From: the human T2T-CHM13v2.0 reference genome, Homo sapiens
Direction: 5' to 3' (one strand)
NCBI RefSeq assembly: GCF_009914755.1
Contig: NC_060938.1
Length of the DNA: 64,000 bases
How positions within the stretch are numbered: position 1 is the first letter of the stretch; each line of letters begins with the position of its first letter. Made by a program: the position numbers and the translations under genes. The notes under the pieces were generated by a model. It did not search any database. It was not told the origin of the DNA and saw only the letters and a list, made by a program, of their open reading frames with translations. Shown here piece by piece: positions 28,452 to 43,508 of the stretch.

Positions 28452-29788
28452 CTGTAAAGGTAGCAAAGACAAATGCTTAATATTTCATTTTTCCTTAAAT
28501 GATTCTTAATGACTTGCAGTTTTTAAAAACTTACCCTGAGAGTAAACCAAATTACCCACTAAATAGTGTTTTCACACAGAAGATGTGTAAGAGCATACCT
28601 GTTGTAAGGAATTATAATTTTAAAATCATTCTAAAGAAGCACCATTGTTTCTAAGGTGATTTCTACTGAACAAGCAGTTCAAACAAAGTAGACAGGGAAG
28701 AGAAATGGCTATCAGTGATGTATGGCTCAACAGGTAAAACTTCCTGCCTTCTAAAATGGCTGTACTTGGAAGATTCTGAAGATTCCATTAGAAATACTTG
28801 TATTTAAAGGGTAATAATGTGGGAAAATGAATATGTTGATTTGCTTGATTATAAGAACCACTTCACTAGAAATAATTATATCAAAACATCATGTTGTACT
28901 CCTTAATGTAGGTTAAGAAAACTAAAATGAACGAAAAAAAATCTAGGAACACTTGTGTTTAGTAAACCAGTTTTAGATTTCACTCTTGTACATTTCACCC
29001 ATTATCTAGGACCAATTAAACATTTGGCACTGAGGAATAATTCAGAGCAACAACTCCTAGGGGAGAACTAGATTGTCTGGTTGGTGATCAAAAAGAATTA
29101 AAGCATCTCTGAAGGCAATTAGTCCCCAACACTGTGACCAAGGCCCTGGAGGTGGGGCATGTTCTTTCTGCCTTCCACACACCGCTTCAGGCTGAACAAG
29201 GTGTTATTTTTTAACCGCTTTGTGAATTACACTTCTTTAAATTCCTGTGATAATTATTCCCTATTTCACAAGGGTGCCTTTCTGTAACATCTTGAATATG
29301 TTACACAAATAGTCTTTCTTGAGGCACCCTCTGGTGATAATACTAAAGATCACAATCAAAAACAATTGTGCCCAGAGTAGAAGTACCACTTTGCATTTAG
29401 GTTGTGATCCACTGAAAAGTAAATTAAACACATTAATATTTCTATTTAGGGAAATTCTGACAAGTAATTTTATAACAAGGTCACTTCATTGATTATAAAG
29501 CTTCAAAAATACTTAGTGAAAAAAACTAACAGATCAGGTTAATTACATGAGACTTTTCAGGAAAAAAAGCCATACAAAAGCAAAAAAAAAAAAAAATGAG
29601 AGGAGAGACAAAAACTATCTTTGACTAACATTTTAAAGGTAAAATTATTTACTAACATTATTTTTCAAAATTACATTGTCAAATTAGCATTCACTTCCTT
29701 CTAATCTGAAGCCATCTCACTAAAAATTATGCTTTTGAAACAAATTAATGAGCTTAATTCATTTTCTATGAGTGTATGTTTTGACTTA

Positions 29789-30003
<215 letters not shown>

Positions 30004-30498
30004 CTAAAACAGAGGAAAAGAATACACTTTTAAAACAATTATAACCTAATTATTATGTTTGTTGCCTTTCATTTTGAGTCAGCGATTCAAAGAGTATTTT
30101 TGAATATGTTAAAAAAGAGGATGAAGTTTAAAATATTTCAGCAATATCAAAACTAATAACTGAATTCAGAATTAAGTCTGATTTGTAAAAATTTGAAATC
30201 ATAATTATGCTAGTATTAATGTAATCTGGTCATATAAAAAGTAATAGAATCCATTCATAGTCTTAAAAAGTGATCAATGAACACTGTAGCTTAAGACCAA
30301 TTCATAATTATCACATAATTTCTAAATCACAATTTTTTCCTATGCCAACTGGTCTTAATCATCAAATTACTCCATAATGAGAATCATTACTCTGAAAGAT
30401 TGATTTTGTTATAATAATAATGGAAATTTAAATATTTAAAAGAAAAAACAGATACCATTTTTTTCTAGAACTCTACAAAGCAGATTGCTACAAGAGAG

Positions 30499-31019
<521 letters not shown>

Positions 31020-31370
31020 TTATCTGTAATGCAGCAGATTCTTCAAATGTGAACCCTTAAATTATTCAGAATTTTAAGAACAAAGTTAAAGCTACCATGA
31101 GTCATAAAAATATATTCTTTACTATCATCATCTTTGCCACAGAATTTTTGTACTTCATTTTACTTTTATTTTTCTGATAATTCATTTTTGTTCCTCCTTA
31201 AATGGCACAAAGTTATCTCCTAGTAAAAAGTGTCTAACCCCCTTCCTTCATTATCATTCCCCACAGTATGTCAAAAAAAGTTTCAGAGATATCATATTGA
31301 GTTATTTAGGCCAAAGTCAATAAATGGGTCTAGGAATAAGACTTTGAAAGTGATATTACACTCTATATTA

Positions 31371-31662
31371 GGCATGGTGGCTCATGCCTGTAATCCTAGC
31401 ACTTTAAAAAGCTGTGGCAGAAAGATCACTTGAGGCCAGGAATTTGAGATCAGCCAGAGCAACATAGTGAGACCCCCATCTCTACAAAAAAAAAATTTTT
31501 TAATTACCCGGGCATGGTGGCTCATGCCTGTAGACCCAGCTAGTTGGGATACTGAGGCAAAAGGATGGCTTGTACCCAGAGTTCAGGGCTGCAGTGAATT
31601 ATTATCACTGCACTTCTGCCTGGATGACAGACAAAGACCCTATCTCAAAAAACAACACAAAA
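31371..31662 (+). mobile_element. Alu (J-like)
   Basis: Alu consensus. Confidence 0.9.
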
Positions 31663-31744
31663 TAATGAAATCTATGATTAAGGATTCTGATGCTATAAGC
31701 CTTTCCTTAAACTGCAAATGTTTCATGCTAATTTGAATTGCATT

Positions 31745-33500
31745 TTAAGAAGTAATGATTCTTGGGGTAAAGACCATAGAATATGGCACCCAGAAATAAA
31801 TTCACATATTTCCAGCCAACTGATTTTGGACGAACATGCCAAGAACGTACGCTGGGGAAAGGACAGCCTCTTCAAATGAATGACACTGGGAAAACTAAAT
31901 ATCCATATGGAGAAGAACGATATTAGCTTCCTATGTAACACCATATAACAACATAAACTCAGAATCGATTGAAGACTGAAATGTAAGGCCCAAAATTATC
32001 AAACTACTCTAAGTAAATATAAGGAAAATGCTTGAGGACATTAGTCTGCACAAAGATTTTTATGGGTAAAACATCAGAAGCATAGGCAAACAACAAATCA
32101 TAGACAAAAGACACTACATTAAGCTAAAGAGCTTCTGTCCAGCAAACAACTGAGTGAAGAGAAAACCTGTAGAATAGGAGAAAATATTGTCAAGCTATTC
32201 ACCTAATGAGGGACTAATACACAAAATATACAAAAAAACTCAAACAACATCACAGTAAAAAAATCTGAGTTTAAAATTGGGCAAAATATCTAACTATACT
32301 TTTTTTTAGAAAAAGAAATACAAATAGCCAATAAATAAATTTTAAAATGCTCAGTATCACTAATCCTCAGGGAAATACAAATCAAATCTACAATGTGATA
32401 TAATCTTGCTTCAATTTGAATAAATTGCTGTCATTGAAAAGACAAAAAAAATAACAAATGCTGGTGAGGCTCCAGAGAACAGTAAACTCTTACATGCTGT
32501 TGGTGGGAAGGTAAATTAGTGCAGCCACTATAGAGAACAACAGGAGGTTTTCTCAAAAAAACTAATAATGGGACTGCCGAGGGATCCAGCAACCCCACTA
32601 CCGGGTATTCAGGCAATAGAAAAGAAAACAATAGATCAAAAGGATATCTGTCCTCATATGTTTACTGTAGCACTATCCACAACAGCTTGTGTATGGAATC
32701 AACATACATGTCCATCACCAAATGAATGGATGAAAAACTGTGGCACACAAACACAGTGGAATACTATTCACCATATAAAGGAATTAAATCCTGTTATTCG
32801 TGGCCACGTGGATCAGTCTGACGGATGTTAAGTGCAGACACAGAAAGATAAATACTGCACATTCTTACTCATGTGTGGGAGCTAAAGGAAAATTGAAGGC
32901 TGGGCAATATGGCTGATGCCTGTAATTTCCTAGCTCTTTGTAAGACCAAGGCAAGAGAATCATTTGAGGTCAAAAGTTCCAGAGCTCCCTGGGCAACATA
33001 GGGAGATATCTCTACAAAGTCAAAAATCAGACATGTGCAATGGTGCATGCCCATAATGCCAGCTGCTCAGGAGGCTGAGGTGTGAGGATCTGATGGGCCC
33101 AAGAGTTTGAAGCTGCAGTGAACTATGATCAAACCACTGTCTCCAGTCTGGGTGACTACAGTTGCCCAGAGCCCAGACTACACTAGCAAGACCCTGTCTC
33201 TTAACAAAAAAAAAGCTCACAGAAGTAGGGGAGGGGAGGCTGGTTAATGGATACAGAATTACAGTTAGATAAGAGGAGTGAGTTCTGGTGTTCTGTGGCA
33301 TTGTAGGGTGAATATGGTTAACTATGACTTATTGTATATTTTTAAAAAGCCAGAAAATTTTGAATGTTCACAATTCAAAGAAATGAAAAATGGTTGAAGT
33401 AGTAAATGTGCTAGTTAGCTTGATCATTACACACTATATACGTGTATAAAAATATCACTCTATAGCCCATAATTATGTATATATGTGTCAATTAAAACAA
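31745..33500 (+). mobile_element. L1MA-like 3' portion with an Alu insertion
   Basis: ccagaaataaattcaca, aaggacagcctcttcaa, tacagaattacagttagataagagg. Confidence 0.82.
32898..33214 (+). mobile_element. Alu (J-like) inside L1
   Basis: Alu consensus. Confidence 0.88.
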
Positions 33501-35229
33501 AAGAGAAGCTACATTCATCCTATTTAAAAAACAGAATATGGGCCAGCCTTACTGACTTCCTTCTAATGAGTAGAATGTAGTGAAAGGGATACCATGTGGC
33601 TTCCCTATCTCAGACTGTTTTCCCTTGGAACCCAGCCCCTATTGTGAGAGCCATCAGGCCACAAAGAGAGCCTGAAAGTGCCTGTGTCAGTGTTCATGCT
33701 GCCTGTCCCAACCAAGTTTACAGCCGATGGCCAGCATCAACCATCAAACAACTGGGTGACCAAAGCTACAGAGGATTCCATTTCCCCAACTGATCAGCTG
33801 TTCCTAGGGAAGTTGAAGGGAGCAGAGCAAGCTGTCCTGGCCAAGTTTTTCCCAAACCACAGGTTCATGAATAAAATAAATGTTTTTCTTTCAAGCCACA
33901 AGACTCTGGGTAATTGTTAGGAAAATAAGTTTTAAAAAGAGACAACAGGAAACATAACTTATACAGCAGAAAAGAGTCTCCTTTAAAGCAGGATCTAATA
34001 AAGGTTGATATTTATTTATTGATGTCAAACATTATTGAGAAGCAGTAGATAACCAGGAGAGAGACATAAGCTGCTGAGGAGGAATTTTCCTAAAACAACT
34101 TCAATAATGAACGCTGATAACAAGGCAAGGGTGTCTTCTTACAATTTCCCCTCAAGTTAGGAAGTAAGACTGGGAAGCAAGAAGATGTATGATTTGAAAA
34201 ACAACTAGAAATACTGGGTGACATAGGCAAAATCAGACATTTACCTGATTTCAATTAACTAAAATTGTAAAAGAAGAAGTTTTGAGTATTTATTAATCAA
34301 CCTAGTATTCAATTTTCATTTTCTTTTCTAAATGAGGAAATAAGGAGAATATTATGGAATGATTTTTATTCTTCACAGAAGTAAAATAAGCATAGTGTGT
34401 TTTGAGTGTTAAGACACAAATGCAATTTCTCCTTTACCTTACTCCAAGCTTGTTTGTATGGAGAAGTTAAGACCATCCCATCTCTATGTTATGCCACAAT
34501 GCTTCTCTATAGCACACAACTTGGCTCTGAAATTTTGAAAGTCAAAATACTAATCTACTATGTGTCTCTGATAAATTGCCTGAACCTTACCTGACTTTGA
34601 AGTGCTGCACTCCTAAGACTTTTTCTTGGAATGAGTTAAAAGTTTTATTCCAAGAATCCTCTACTGAGCTAGAAAGCAGAGCTGTGCATCTCTGTTTCAG
34701 TAAAAGGAGGTCAATATAGGGAACTGTGGTTTCTGAGAATGCAAGATCTGCACTAATAAAAGGATTAGCCACAGTGCTACCCAAGAGAACCAGCTACCAG
34801 GAGAAAAGAGGGTCTGTAAACTGCAAGATGATGACTTCACTTGATTTCCACTGAGGAAAGCTGGCGGCTCAGACTTAAATTTCTCCTTCCTAGATGGTAA
34901 ACATCTATGGAAGGTTCTATGAATTATAATGAGTTAGTAAAACATAATGCACTGAATATTAGACTATGTCAGCAGATCCTGTAACCAAAACTTACTGAAA
35001 ATATAACTATAGTGGGAGGCAATGGAAAAGAGACTAAAGGCTTGAATGGAGAAAAAAAGAAATTAAGTGTGTCTTGTAAGCCTGGCGTCTGATCATGTCT
35101 TAGAGGAAGTAAGGTATAAGCTGGCCAGAGACTCCTTTGTGACACAAAAGGTGAAGTTACAGACATTCCACTAAATTTAATTTTTATTATGACATAAGAC
35201 AACTGGTAATATGCAACATGATTGAAAAA

Positions 35230-37040
35230 AACTTCTCATTCAATTCGATTGGGCCTTGACATAAGAATAGACATAAACAAGCTAAGAATTGACAATCTAA
35301 AAATAAGCCTGCACTTTTACAGTCAATTGATTTTATACAAGCTTAACAAAAGAACAAAATGGGAAAAGAATAGTCTTTTCAACAAATGGTGCTGGGACAA
35401 CTGGGTATCCATAAGCAAAAAATAAATAAATTTCGACCAAATATCTTATTTAATAATTAACTCAAAATAAAATAGTTAACTGTAAAAGCTAAAACTATAA
35501 AACCCTCAGAAGAAAACACTGGCATAAATCTTTGTGACTGCATTTGCCAGTGTTTTCTTAGCTATGACTCCAAAGGAAAAATGGATTCAATGGACTTCAA
35601 AATTGAAAACTGCTGTGCCTCAGAAGACAGCATGAAGAAATGAAAAGGTAAGACGCCAAGTAGAAGAAAGTATTTGAAAAGTGTGTATCTGATAAGGGAC
35701 TTACATATATAGGAAATATAAATAACTCTTGCAATTAATAAATAACAAGATAAGCCAATTTTAAAAAATGGGCAAAGATTTTGAATAGATATATCTGCAA
35801 AGAAGATATAAAGATGGAAAAGCACATTAATAGATGCTTAATGTAATTAGTCATTAGGAAAATGTAAATCAAAACCACATGTGGTATCACTTCACACCAC
35901 AGGATAAAATCTTTGTTCAAGAAAAAAGAGTGTCAGGAAAAATGTAAAGAAATTAAAACCCTTATCTAATGCTGCTGGGAATGTAAAGTGATGCAGCCAC
36001 TTTGGAAAACAAACTGGCAGCTCCTTAAAGGGTTAAGCATGAAGTTACCATATGACACACAAATTCCAGTCATAAGTATATACTCCAGAAAAATAAAAAC
36101 ATACGCAAGCACAAAAACTCATACATAAATGTTTACAACAGCATTATTAATAGTAGTCAAAAGGTGGAAAGAACCAGAACGTCTGTCACCTTTGGCTGGG
36201 AGAGAACCCAAAGGTCCATCACCTGGCGAATGGATAAATAAAATGTTTGATGTATCCATACAATGGAATATTACTCAGCAATAAGAAGAAATTAAGTACA
36301 GATACCGTATTAGGAGGAGACAGCAAAATGCCTAGGCAGATACGGAAGGGTCCCCGGAGAATCTCCAACGAGCCCCACAAGTGTTTACACCTGATGTTAT
36401 GTGCAGATAAGGGAACCTGGACTTGTCTTGCCTGGACATGCCCACAGCAGACTGGAGGCCCACATGCAGTGGGGGGATGGGGTGGAGTCACCAGGAATTC
36501 ACACCTTATGCAGAGGAGGAGCCTGGCCGCTTCAGCTCATGTGCTCCTGGTATTCAATTGTGAGGTGGAAACCTCTTTGCAGGACCCCGCTCTTTGCTGA
36601 GAGCTGTGCTTTCACATAATAAATTCTGCCCTCCTCAATGTGTCTGCATGCTTAATTTTTCCTGGTCATGAGAGAAGAACACAGATGTAGCTGAACTAAG
36701 GAGCAAAAACCCGGCATCAATACCTGCTACAGCACAGATGCAGCATGAAAAATTATGCTAAGTGAAATAAGCCAGTCCCAGCAGACCACTTGCTTTTTAT
36801 TTCAGAGGCTTATAGGCAAATCTATACAAAGAAGGTGGGTGGTTCCCTAGGGCTGAGGGAGGAAGGGAAAACTAGTGAAGATGGCTAAATGATGTGGGGT
36901 TTGTTTTTAGGGTGATGAAAATGTTCTAAAATTAATTGTAATGATGACGGCATAACTCTCTGAAAATACTAAAGTTAATGAATTCTATACTTTAAATGAG
37001 TGAATTGCATGGCGTGTTCATTATTTCTCAATAAACCTGT
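35230..37040 (+). mobile_element. L1MB-like 3' portion with an LTR insertion
   Basis: ttcaacaaatggtgctgggacaactgg; ggtgatgaaaatgttctaaaatt. Confidence 0.82.
36306..36719 (+). mobile_element. ERV1 solo LTR (MER61-like) with 4-bp TSD ATAC
   Basis: ATAC at 36302-36305 and 36720-36723; ends ...gcatca; internal AATAAA. Confidence 0.8.
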
Positions 37041-37269
37041 TACCCCCCACCCCAAATTAATTTGGTACTAGAGATTTGCAGATAGGTACTGCTTGGTTTC
37101 AAATCACTGGCCAGGGTTCAAGGTCTAAGAGAATCAACAACATGTCCTTTTTATAGAAAAAGAGATTTATATTTTACAAGCTATCCTTTTCATTAGTATC
37201 AAGTCTGTAAAATTCAATGAAAAATCTTTCTTTCACTGCTTAAAGCACTGACAGATTTATATAGAGGAA

Positions 37270-37625
37270 TAAGACCTTGTTTTCCTTGGCCCTAATTTCT
37301 ATCTAAAGGGTCTGGGGAAACACACCCTTCAAACTATCAAATCTCATCAGATGGGTTTTATTAACACTTATAATGTGGCTTCCTTTCTAATCTGATTCTG
37401 GTGCAACATCACAGAGAGAAGAAGCTGAAGGAAATCAAAATAATTTACCCCCAAATATATTGTTTGACGTATTTTGAAATGGCTGCTGCAGGGCCAAGAG
37501 ATTGAAATGGCCCTCATTAAGGTAGCCCAATCTCCCCTTCTAGGTCTTCCCAGATCTGGGGAAGATTAACTAAGAGACTGAGGCATTTAAAGTTTGAAAA
37601 GATATACTTACTCTCTATTTTCTCA
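37270..37625 (+). mobile_element. MER4-family LTR fragment
   Basis: aaggaaatcaaaataatttacccccaaatata..ttttgaaatggctg. Confidence 0.6.
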
Positions 37626-37734
37626 ACATATTTTGGCAGAATTTGGATTTTTCCATTATCAATATTTTCCAAAATGCATGATTTTTAATACCAAAACTGA
37701 TTTAAAATTACCATATGTTGGAATATAAATTATT

Positions 37735-38175
37735 CTATTATAAAGATACATGCATTTGCATGTTCACTGCAGCACTATTCACAATAGTAAAGACATGGAA
37801 TCAACCCAGATGGACATTATCAGTGATAATGGGATAAAGAAAATGTGGTATATATACACCATGGAATACTATGGAGCCATAAAAATGAATGAGATCATGC
37901 TCTTTGCAGGGATATGGATGAACCCGAAGCTGATATCTTCAGCAAACTAATGCAGGAAGAAAAAACCAAACACTGCATCTTCTCACTTATAAGTGGGAGC
38001 TGAACGATAAGAACACATGGACTCGGGGAGGGGAACAACAAACACTGGGGCCTGTTGGGGTCAGGAGGGAGAGCATCAACATCAATAACTAATGCCCACA
38101 GGGCTTAATATCTAGGTGATGGATTGATAGGTGCAGCAAACCATCATGGAACACGTTTACCTATATAAGAAACTT
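37735..38175 (+). mobile_element. L1PA 3' fragment
   Basis: gcagcactattcacaatag..ttctcacttataagtgggagctgaac. Confidence 0.85.
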
Positions 38176-38267
38176 GTTGGCCAGACTGGTCTTGAATTCC
38201 TGACCTCATGATCTTCCTGCCTTGGCCTCCCAAAGTGCTGGGATTACAGGTGTGGCCACCATGCCTG
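38175..38267 (-). mobile_element. Alu left-arm fragment fused to L1
   Basis: tgttggccagactggtcttgaa..gctgggattacagg. Confidence 0.88.
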
Positions 38268-38623
38268 GTGGCTATTTCTCTTTTTAAATTCTCTCAGGAC
38301 TCCTAAAATCTCAAAACTTTGACCTAGATTCCCTAATCTACATTTCCAGCTCTGACCATTTTCTTGAGGTCTCTTCCTTCTAGTACCCATATTATAGAAA
38401 ATATTCTCAACCACATGCTCATACATTGCTAATTGGTGCAGATTACTTTTGTAGATAGTGAATGTTGTCTATTTTATGTTGGTTCTCATTAATGTTACTT
38501 TGAGTATACTGTTATTTTCTAATCTCAAAGGGGGACTATCTCACTGTTATGATACTAAGCAGTATACTTTGTCCTTTTTTTCTTGCTTTCTTCTTTTTTG
38601 GACCAGTATACTTTGTCCCTTTT

Positions 38624-38960
<337 letters not shown>

Positions 38961-39348
38961 TGAGAATCATATTATCAATTGTTTGCCTTTGTTTTCTTTT
39001 AAAGAAATTCCTTTTCCATAGAGATATGGCATGATGAAAGTCTTGTTCTAAAGTTTCTTTTGGGGGACATTTAACTATGTCATTGGGAAGCTTCAGTAAG
39101 TAGAGATCTCCCTTCTTCTCACTCAAGATTCTTCATCTCAAAATGGTGTCCACCAAATGTCTTAATCCAGTTAGTCTTTTGTGTAGAAATTCATGAAATA
39201 AGAACCTTCTTGAGAAGTTGGAGGCTAGTGATTGAGATGGTTTAACGCTGCCCCTTATTATATGTTTTACTCCCAAGGTAGACATCAAAGTGGCTAATAA
39301 TTCTATGACTGATGTCTAACTCACTTCTAAGGGAATCTATACAAAACG

Positions 39349-39615
39349 TTTTATTTATGAGACAGAGTCTCCCTCTGTTACCCAGCCTGGAGCGCAGCAG
39401 CTTGATCACTGTTCACTACAGCCTCAATATTCCAAGCTCAAACGACCCTCCTACCACAGCCTCCCAATGTAGCTGGGACTACAGGCGTGCACCACCATGC
39501 CTCAGATAAGTGTTTAAATTTTTTTTTTTTTTTTAGAGACAGGGTCTCACTATATTGCTCTGGCTGGTCTCAAACTCATGGGCTCAAACGATCCTCCTGC
39601 TTCAGCCTTCCAAAA
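39349..39615 (-). mobile_element. Alu (J-like), truncated
   Basis: Alu consensus. Confidence 0.88.
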
Positions 39616-40714
39616 CCAGGTGTTTAACTGGGGACTAACATGAAACACTTAGAAGACTACGTGGAACATAGTGAGCTACATAAAATATTTGCTATTAGCA
39701 TAATAATTTTATTGTATATCTTAACAAAATTGTGTATTTTAGGCAGGTGGCATGCCAATGGAAGTACTCTACTATAGCTGCACTGAATCATTCTTACCAC
39801 TGAGAGTTGCAGCAAATGGGGGACATAATTTATAACTTACTTTTCTCTCTGTATGACTCATTAGGCAATGACTATGTATGTACTACAATGTAAACAGCAC
39901 CTCCTGGATTGAATAGTACATAACTGACATGACCAGCAGAGACAGGCTAAAGACACTGAGCTGAAAACCCTGGACTCTATTGCTAAATCAAGGCTCCTGA
40001 ATCCGTTCCCTCTGAGCAACTGTTGCTGTGGTGCTGCCTTCACAAGCACTCTGCTGAGCACTCAGATTGAGGGGCTGTGCTATCCGTCATCGGACAAGCT
40101 GCACCCAGAACTGTTCAGCTGACAAACTGGTAGCAGTCCAGAAACACAGTTCTGCTGCATAGTGAAAAAAGGCCAATTTAGATTATTTTTCATAGAGAGA
40201 AAAACATAAACATGTGATTGAACGAGTCTCCTGTATTAGACTAATTGGGTTGGCTTTGATATTTAATTGCTAAAAACACACTTAGAATACAAACCTTACT
40301 GTGTCAAGGTCTCAAAGAAGAAATAATTGGTATGGTATAAAGTATTGAATTGTATGCTACAAACTTCTAAGCTAAAATATTTTCAATGTATGCAAGGATA
40401 GGTGGCATACATATTATATATTATTCCCCCATTAAGCAAATTTATAATGAGAGAAAGCTATCTTCCATAAAAAAATAAAAGCCATGTAAAATTAAGAACT
40501 AAGTTTTTCTGCACAGACTAGACAACGATTGCTAACACATGAGGTCAATGAGAGAACACTCAGAGAAAGCTTCATGAAAACAATAAATTGTCTGCCACGT
40601 CCGAGTGAATGAGGCTAGATGAATAGAAACTGAGAAGGCAGAAAGGATAGCATGAGCAAGACAAGTGCTGAAATCTGCCCAATTAACTCTGAGGATAAAG
40701 TCCAATGGCAGAGA

Positions 40715-41215
40715 AATAAAAACGCTTGTCCACATAATAACCTGTAAGTGAATGTTCGCAGCAGCATTTTTCATAAGAGCTAAACAGTGGAAACTAACCT
40801 AAAGGTCCATCAACCGATGAATGAATGGAAAACCAGTATAGACATGGAATAGAATATCACTTAACTATAAGAAGAAATAAACTACCAATGTGTGCTAAAA
40901 CATTATGCTAAGTGAATTCTGAAAACATTATGCTAAGTGAAAAAGCCAGTCACAAAGGACTACGTATTGTATAATTCTATGTATATGAAATAAGCAGAAC
41001 AGGTAAACATATGGAGACAAAAGTAGATAGATGGTGGTTGCCTACAACAGAGGTAGGTGGAGGGACATGGAGGAAGGCTGCAGTCATGCCTAGGAGATGT
41101 GGGGTTGCTTTTCAGGTGATGAAAATGCTGTGAATATACTAATAGATACTCAGTTGTACATTTTAAATGGTTGAACTCTCTCAAATGTGAATGATATCTC
41201 AGTGAAACTGTCTTT
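40715..41215 (+). mobile_element. L1ME/MD 3' fragment
   Basis: aaacattatgctaagtgaaaaagccagtcacaaaggactac. Confidence 0.7.
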
Positions 41216-41856
41216 AAAATCCAAAGGCAGGATCAAGATAATTTTCTCAACTCTCAATTTTTGATGTACATGTTATCTCAAATTTAAATATTTCCACAGT
41301 TTTATAGTATATTTTAAATAAAAGATAAAGAAAATGCCTAACTTTTCAAATAGTTTGTAAATTAACCTAAAACATGCACTTTTAAAAGAATAGTATAATG
41401 GCCTTTCTGTACAAGTTAACCTAGAATCTGTGAAATAAATAGACACAGATTCTGTGTCCACTCACAAAAGTGAAGAAATAAGACAATTTTCTGGAACATT
41501 CCATTAAACATTCTTCTCTGATTTAATCTGGCCTGCCTCATCAGAGCAATACAAAAATTACTTAAAAATACTGTTTTAACAGGACAAAAGTCAGTTTTCT
41601 ATGAGGAATGATGTATAATTCTCAACTTTTCCAAGGGTACATATTGTAAGAGAAAAGGTATGCAATGGTTTTTCAAAATGGTAGAATGAAAGTCACTATA
41701 TAAAAAAATAAGTACATTATAGAGATAGTAAAATGGAAATAATTCATTGTAATGAAAATAAAAAATCAAGCTTCTGCCATAATTAGTATCCTAAAACATG
41801 TTATGTAATTCAACTAGCTACAGAATAAACGTTGACATGCTAAGTTCCATACATAC

Positions 41857-42005
41857 TTGACTTTCCACTTGAAATAATTTCTTCTTTGGGACCTGTGTCT
41901 CATCCAAATTAATGTGATAATGTGATATACTTCCAGTGGAGACTCTAACATAGTTAATTTTTTTAGGCTGTCAGCTGCTTCTTGCTGAAGTTGTCTCACA
42001 ACCAC
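41857..42005 (-). pseudogene. ANKRD18/ANKRD26-like exon, VVVRQLQQEAADSLKKLTMLESPLE/ISHYHINLDETQVPKKKLFQVESQ, -1 frameshift
   Basis: ttctcag|GTGGTT...AGTCAA|gtatgt; 149 bp. Confidence 0.88.
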
Positions 42006-43159
42006 CTGAGAAAATAGTTTTGTTACTGATTTTATAAATTGCCTTATTATTAAATTATGTTAATAATATTTAACTCTAACATACGTACTTTGAAAATTAT
42101 CACCACACATATCGATTCACCTTCTTTTAATCACATGTACACATTTTTATTTATTACTGAATTCAGTGAGGGATGCACAATATGTTCTCTTCCTGCCAAA
42201 TTGGTATTCTCTTACTTACATAACAGATTCATCCCACCATTCAATCATCTTAGAAGCTCAACTCAACCTCAAAGTTCCTCACATATTCAATCACCTGTTC
42301 AAATCCTTCCAACAGATTCCTATCTCAGAATAAAAGTAAAATTCCAATGGCCTTTGAGGTCCTAGGTAAACAGGTCTCTACCTCCCTCTCTGACTTCAAA
42401 GCTCTTACAACTCCCTCCTGTAATTACTCCATTCCCACTGTACATGAAGCCTGCCACCCCTCAGTCTGAAAATAGGGATCTAATGCCTTACTCATAAATC
42501 ACAGGCAGCTACAAGTATCTTTGTACTGAACAAAATTATATTCCAATGATAGCCATTGAGCCTTGAAATAAAAATTAGGAGCTAATTATTAATATAAATA
42601 TTCAAAGTAAACTATAAATACCAGTGGGAAGACTAAACCAAATATACTTTTGCTAAATATTACCACATGTATCCTAAATTATGATTTTATAAGAAGTAGG
42701 TGCCTTTAAAACATTACATAGTCATAAAAATATGTAATTTGACATATTTTCAGATTTGTTAAATTAATATGATTAATAACAAAGATATACCAACTAAAAT
42801 ACATAAAAAGCTACTTAAAGCAAGGTATTACAAGACACAGCAATACACTTCAGTTCATCTGGGAAATCTAGAATTAAGTGTCAAAGAAAATCAATTAAAT
42901 TTTAATTTGAAAATACTCATTTCAGGTGTAAACATTTCCATTTATACTTACATTATGGTCTTAACATGTGGCAACATAAAGTCATTAAAATTATTATTTC
43001 ACCAGTACAGAACTATCTACCTTAAAATATGACTCTGTGCCTAATAAAATTTCATAGGTGACACAATGTCTTTTCTCAAAGTAAATCATCTCTCACCTCT
43101 ACCTTTTATTTCCTAGAAATGGGGCACGTTTCTAAGCTGGTATAGTAAACATGGTTTTC

Positions 43160-43440
43160 CTTTTTTTTTTATTAAAACAGCTTTGTTGAAATATAATTTA
43201 CATACTATAGAATGTATCTGTTTTAACTTAAAGTTAAAAGATTTTTTAGTCCATTTACTGAGTTGTGCAGCCATCTCTACAATCCAACTTTACAGCATTT
43301 CCATCACTGCAAGATCCCTCACGCCCATTAGCAGTCACTACCAGCTTTCAGCCCCAACCCTTTGCAAACATTAGTCTACTTTTTGTCCCTATACGTTTAT
43401 CTTTTCTGGATGCTTCATGTAAATGGAATTATACAGTATG
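43160..43440 (-). mobile_element. Old L1M 3' end fragment
   Basis: cagctttgttgaaatataatttacatac..gagttgtgcagccatc. Confidence 0.7.
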
Positions 43441-43508
43441 GTAAACACACTTTTTATCCATTGATTTTTATATTCAACTAAGTTCAACATGTATCCAGAA
43501 CCAAATGT

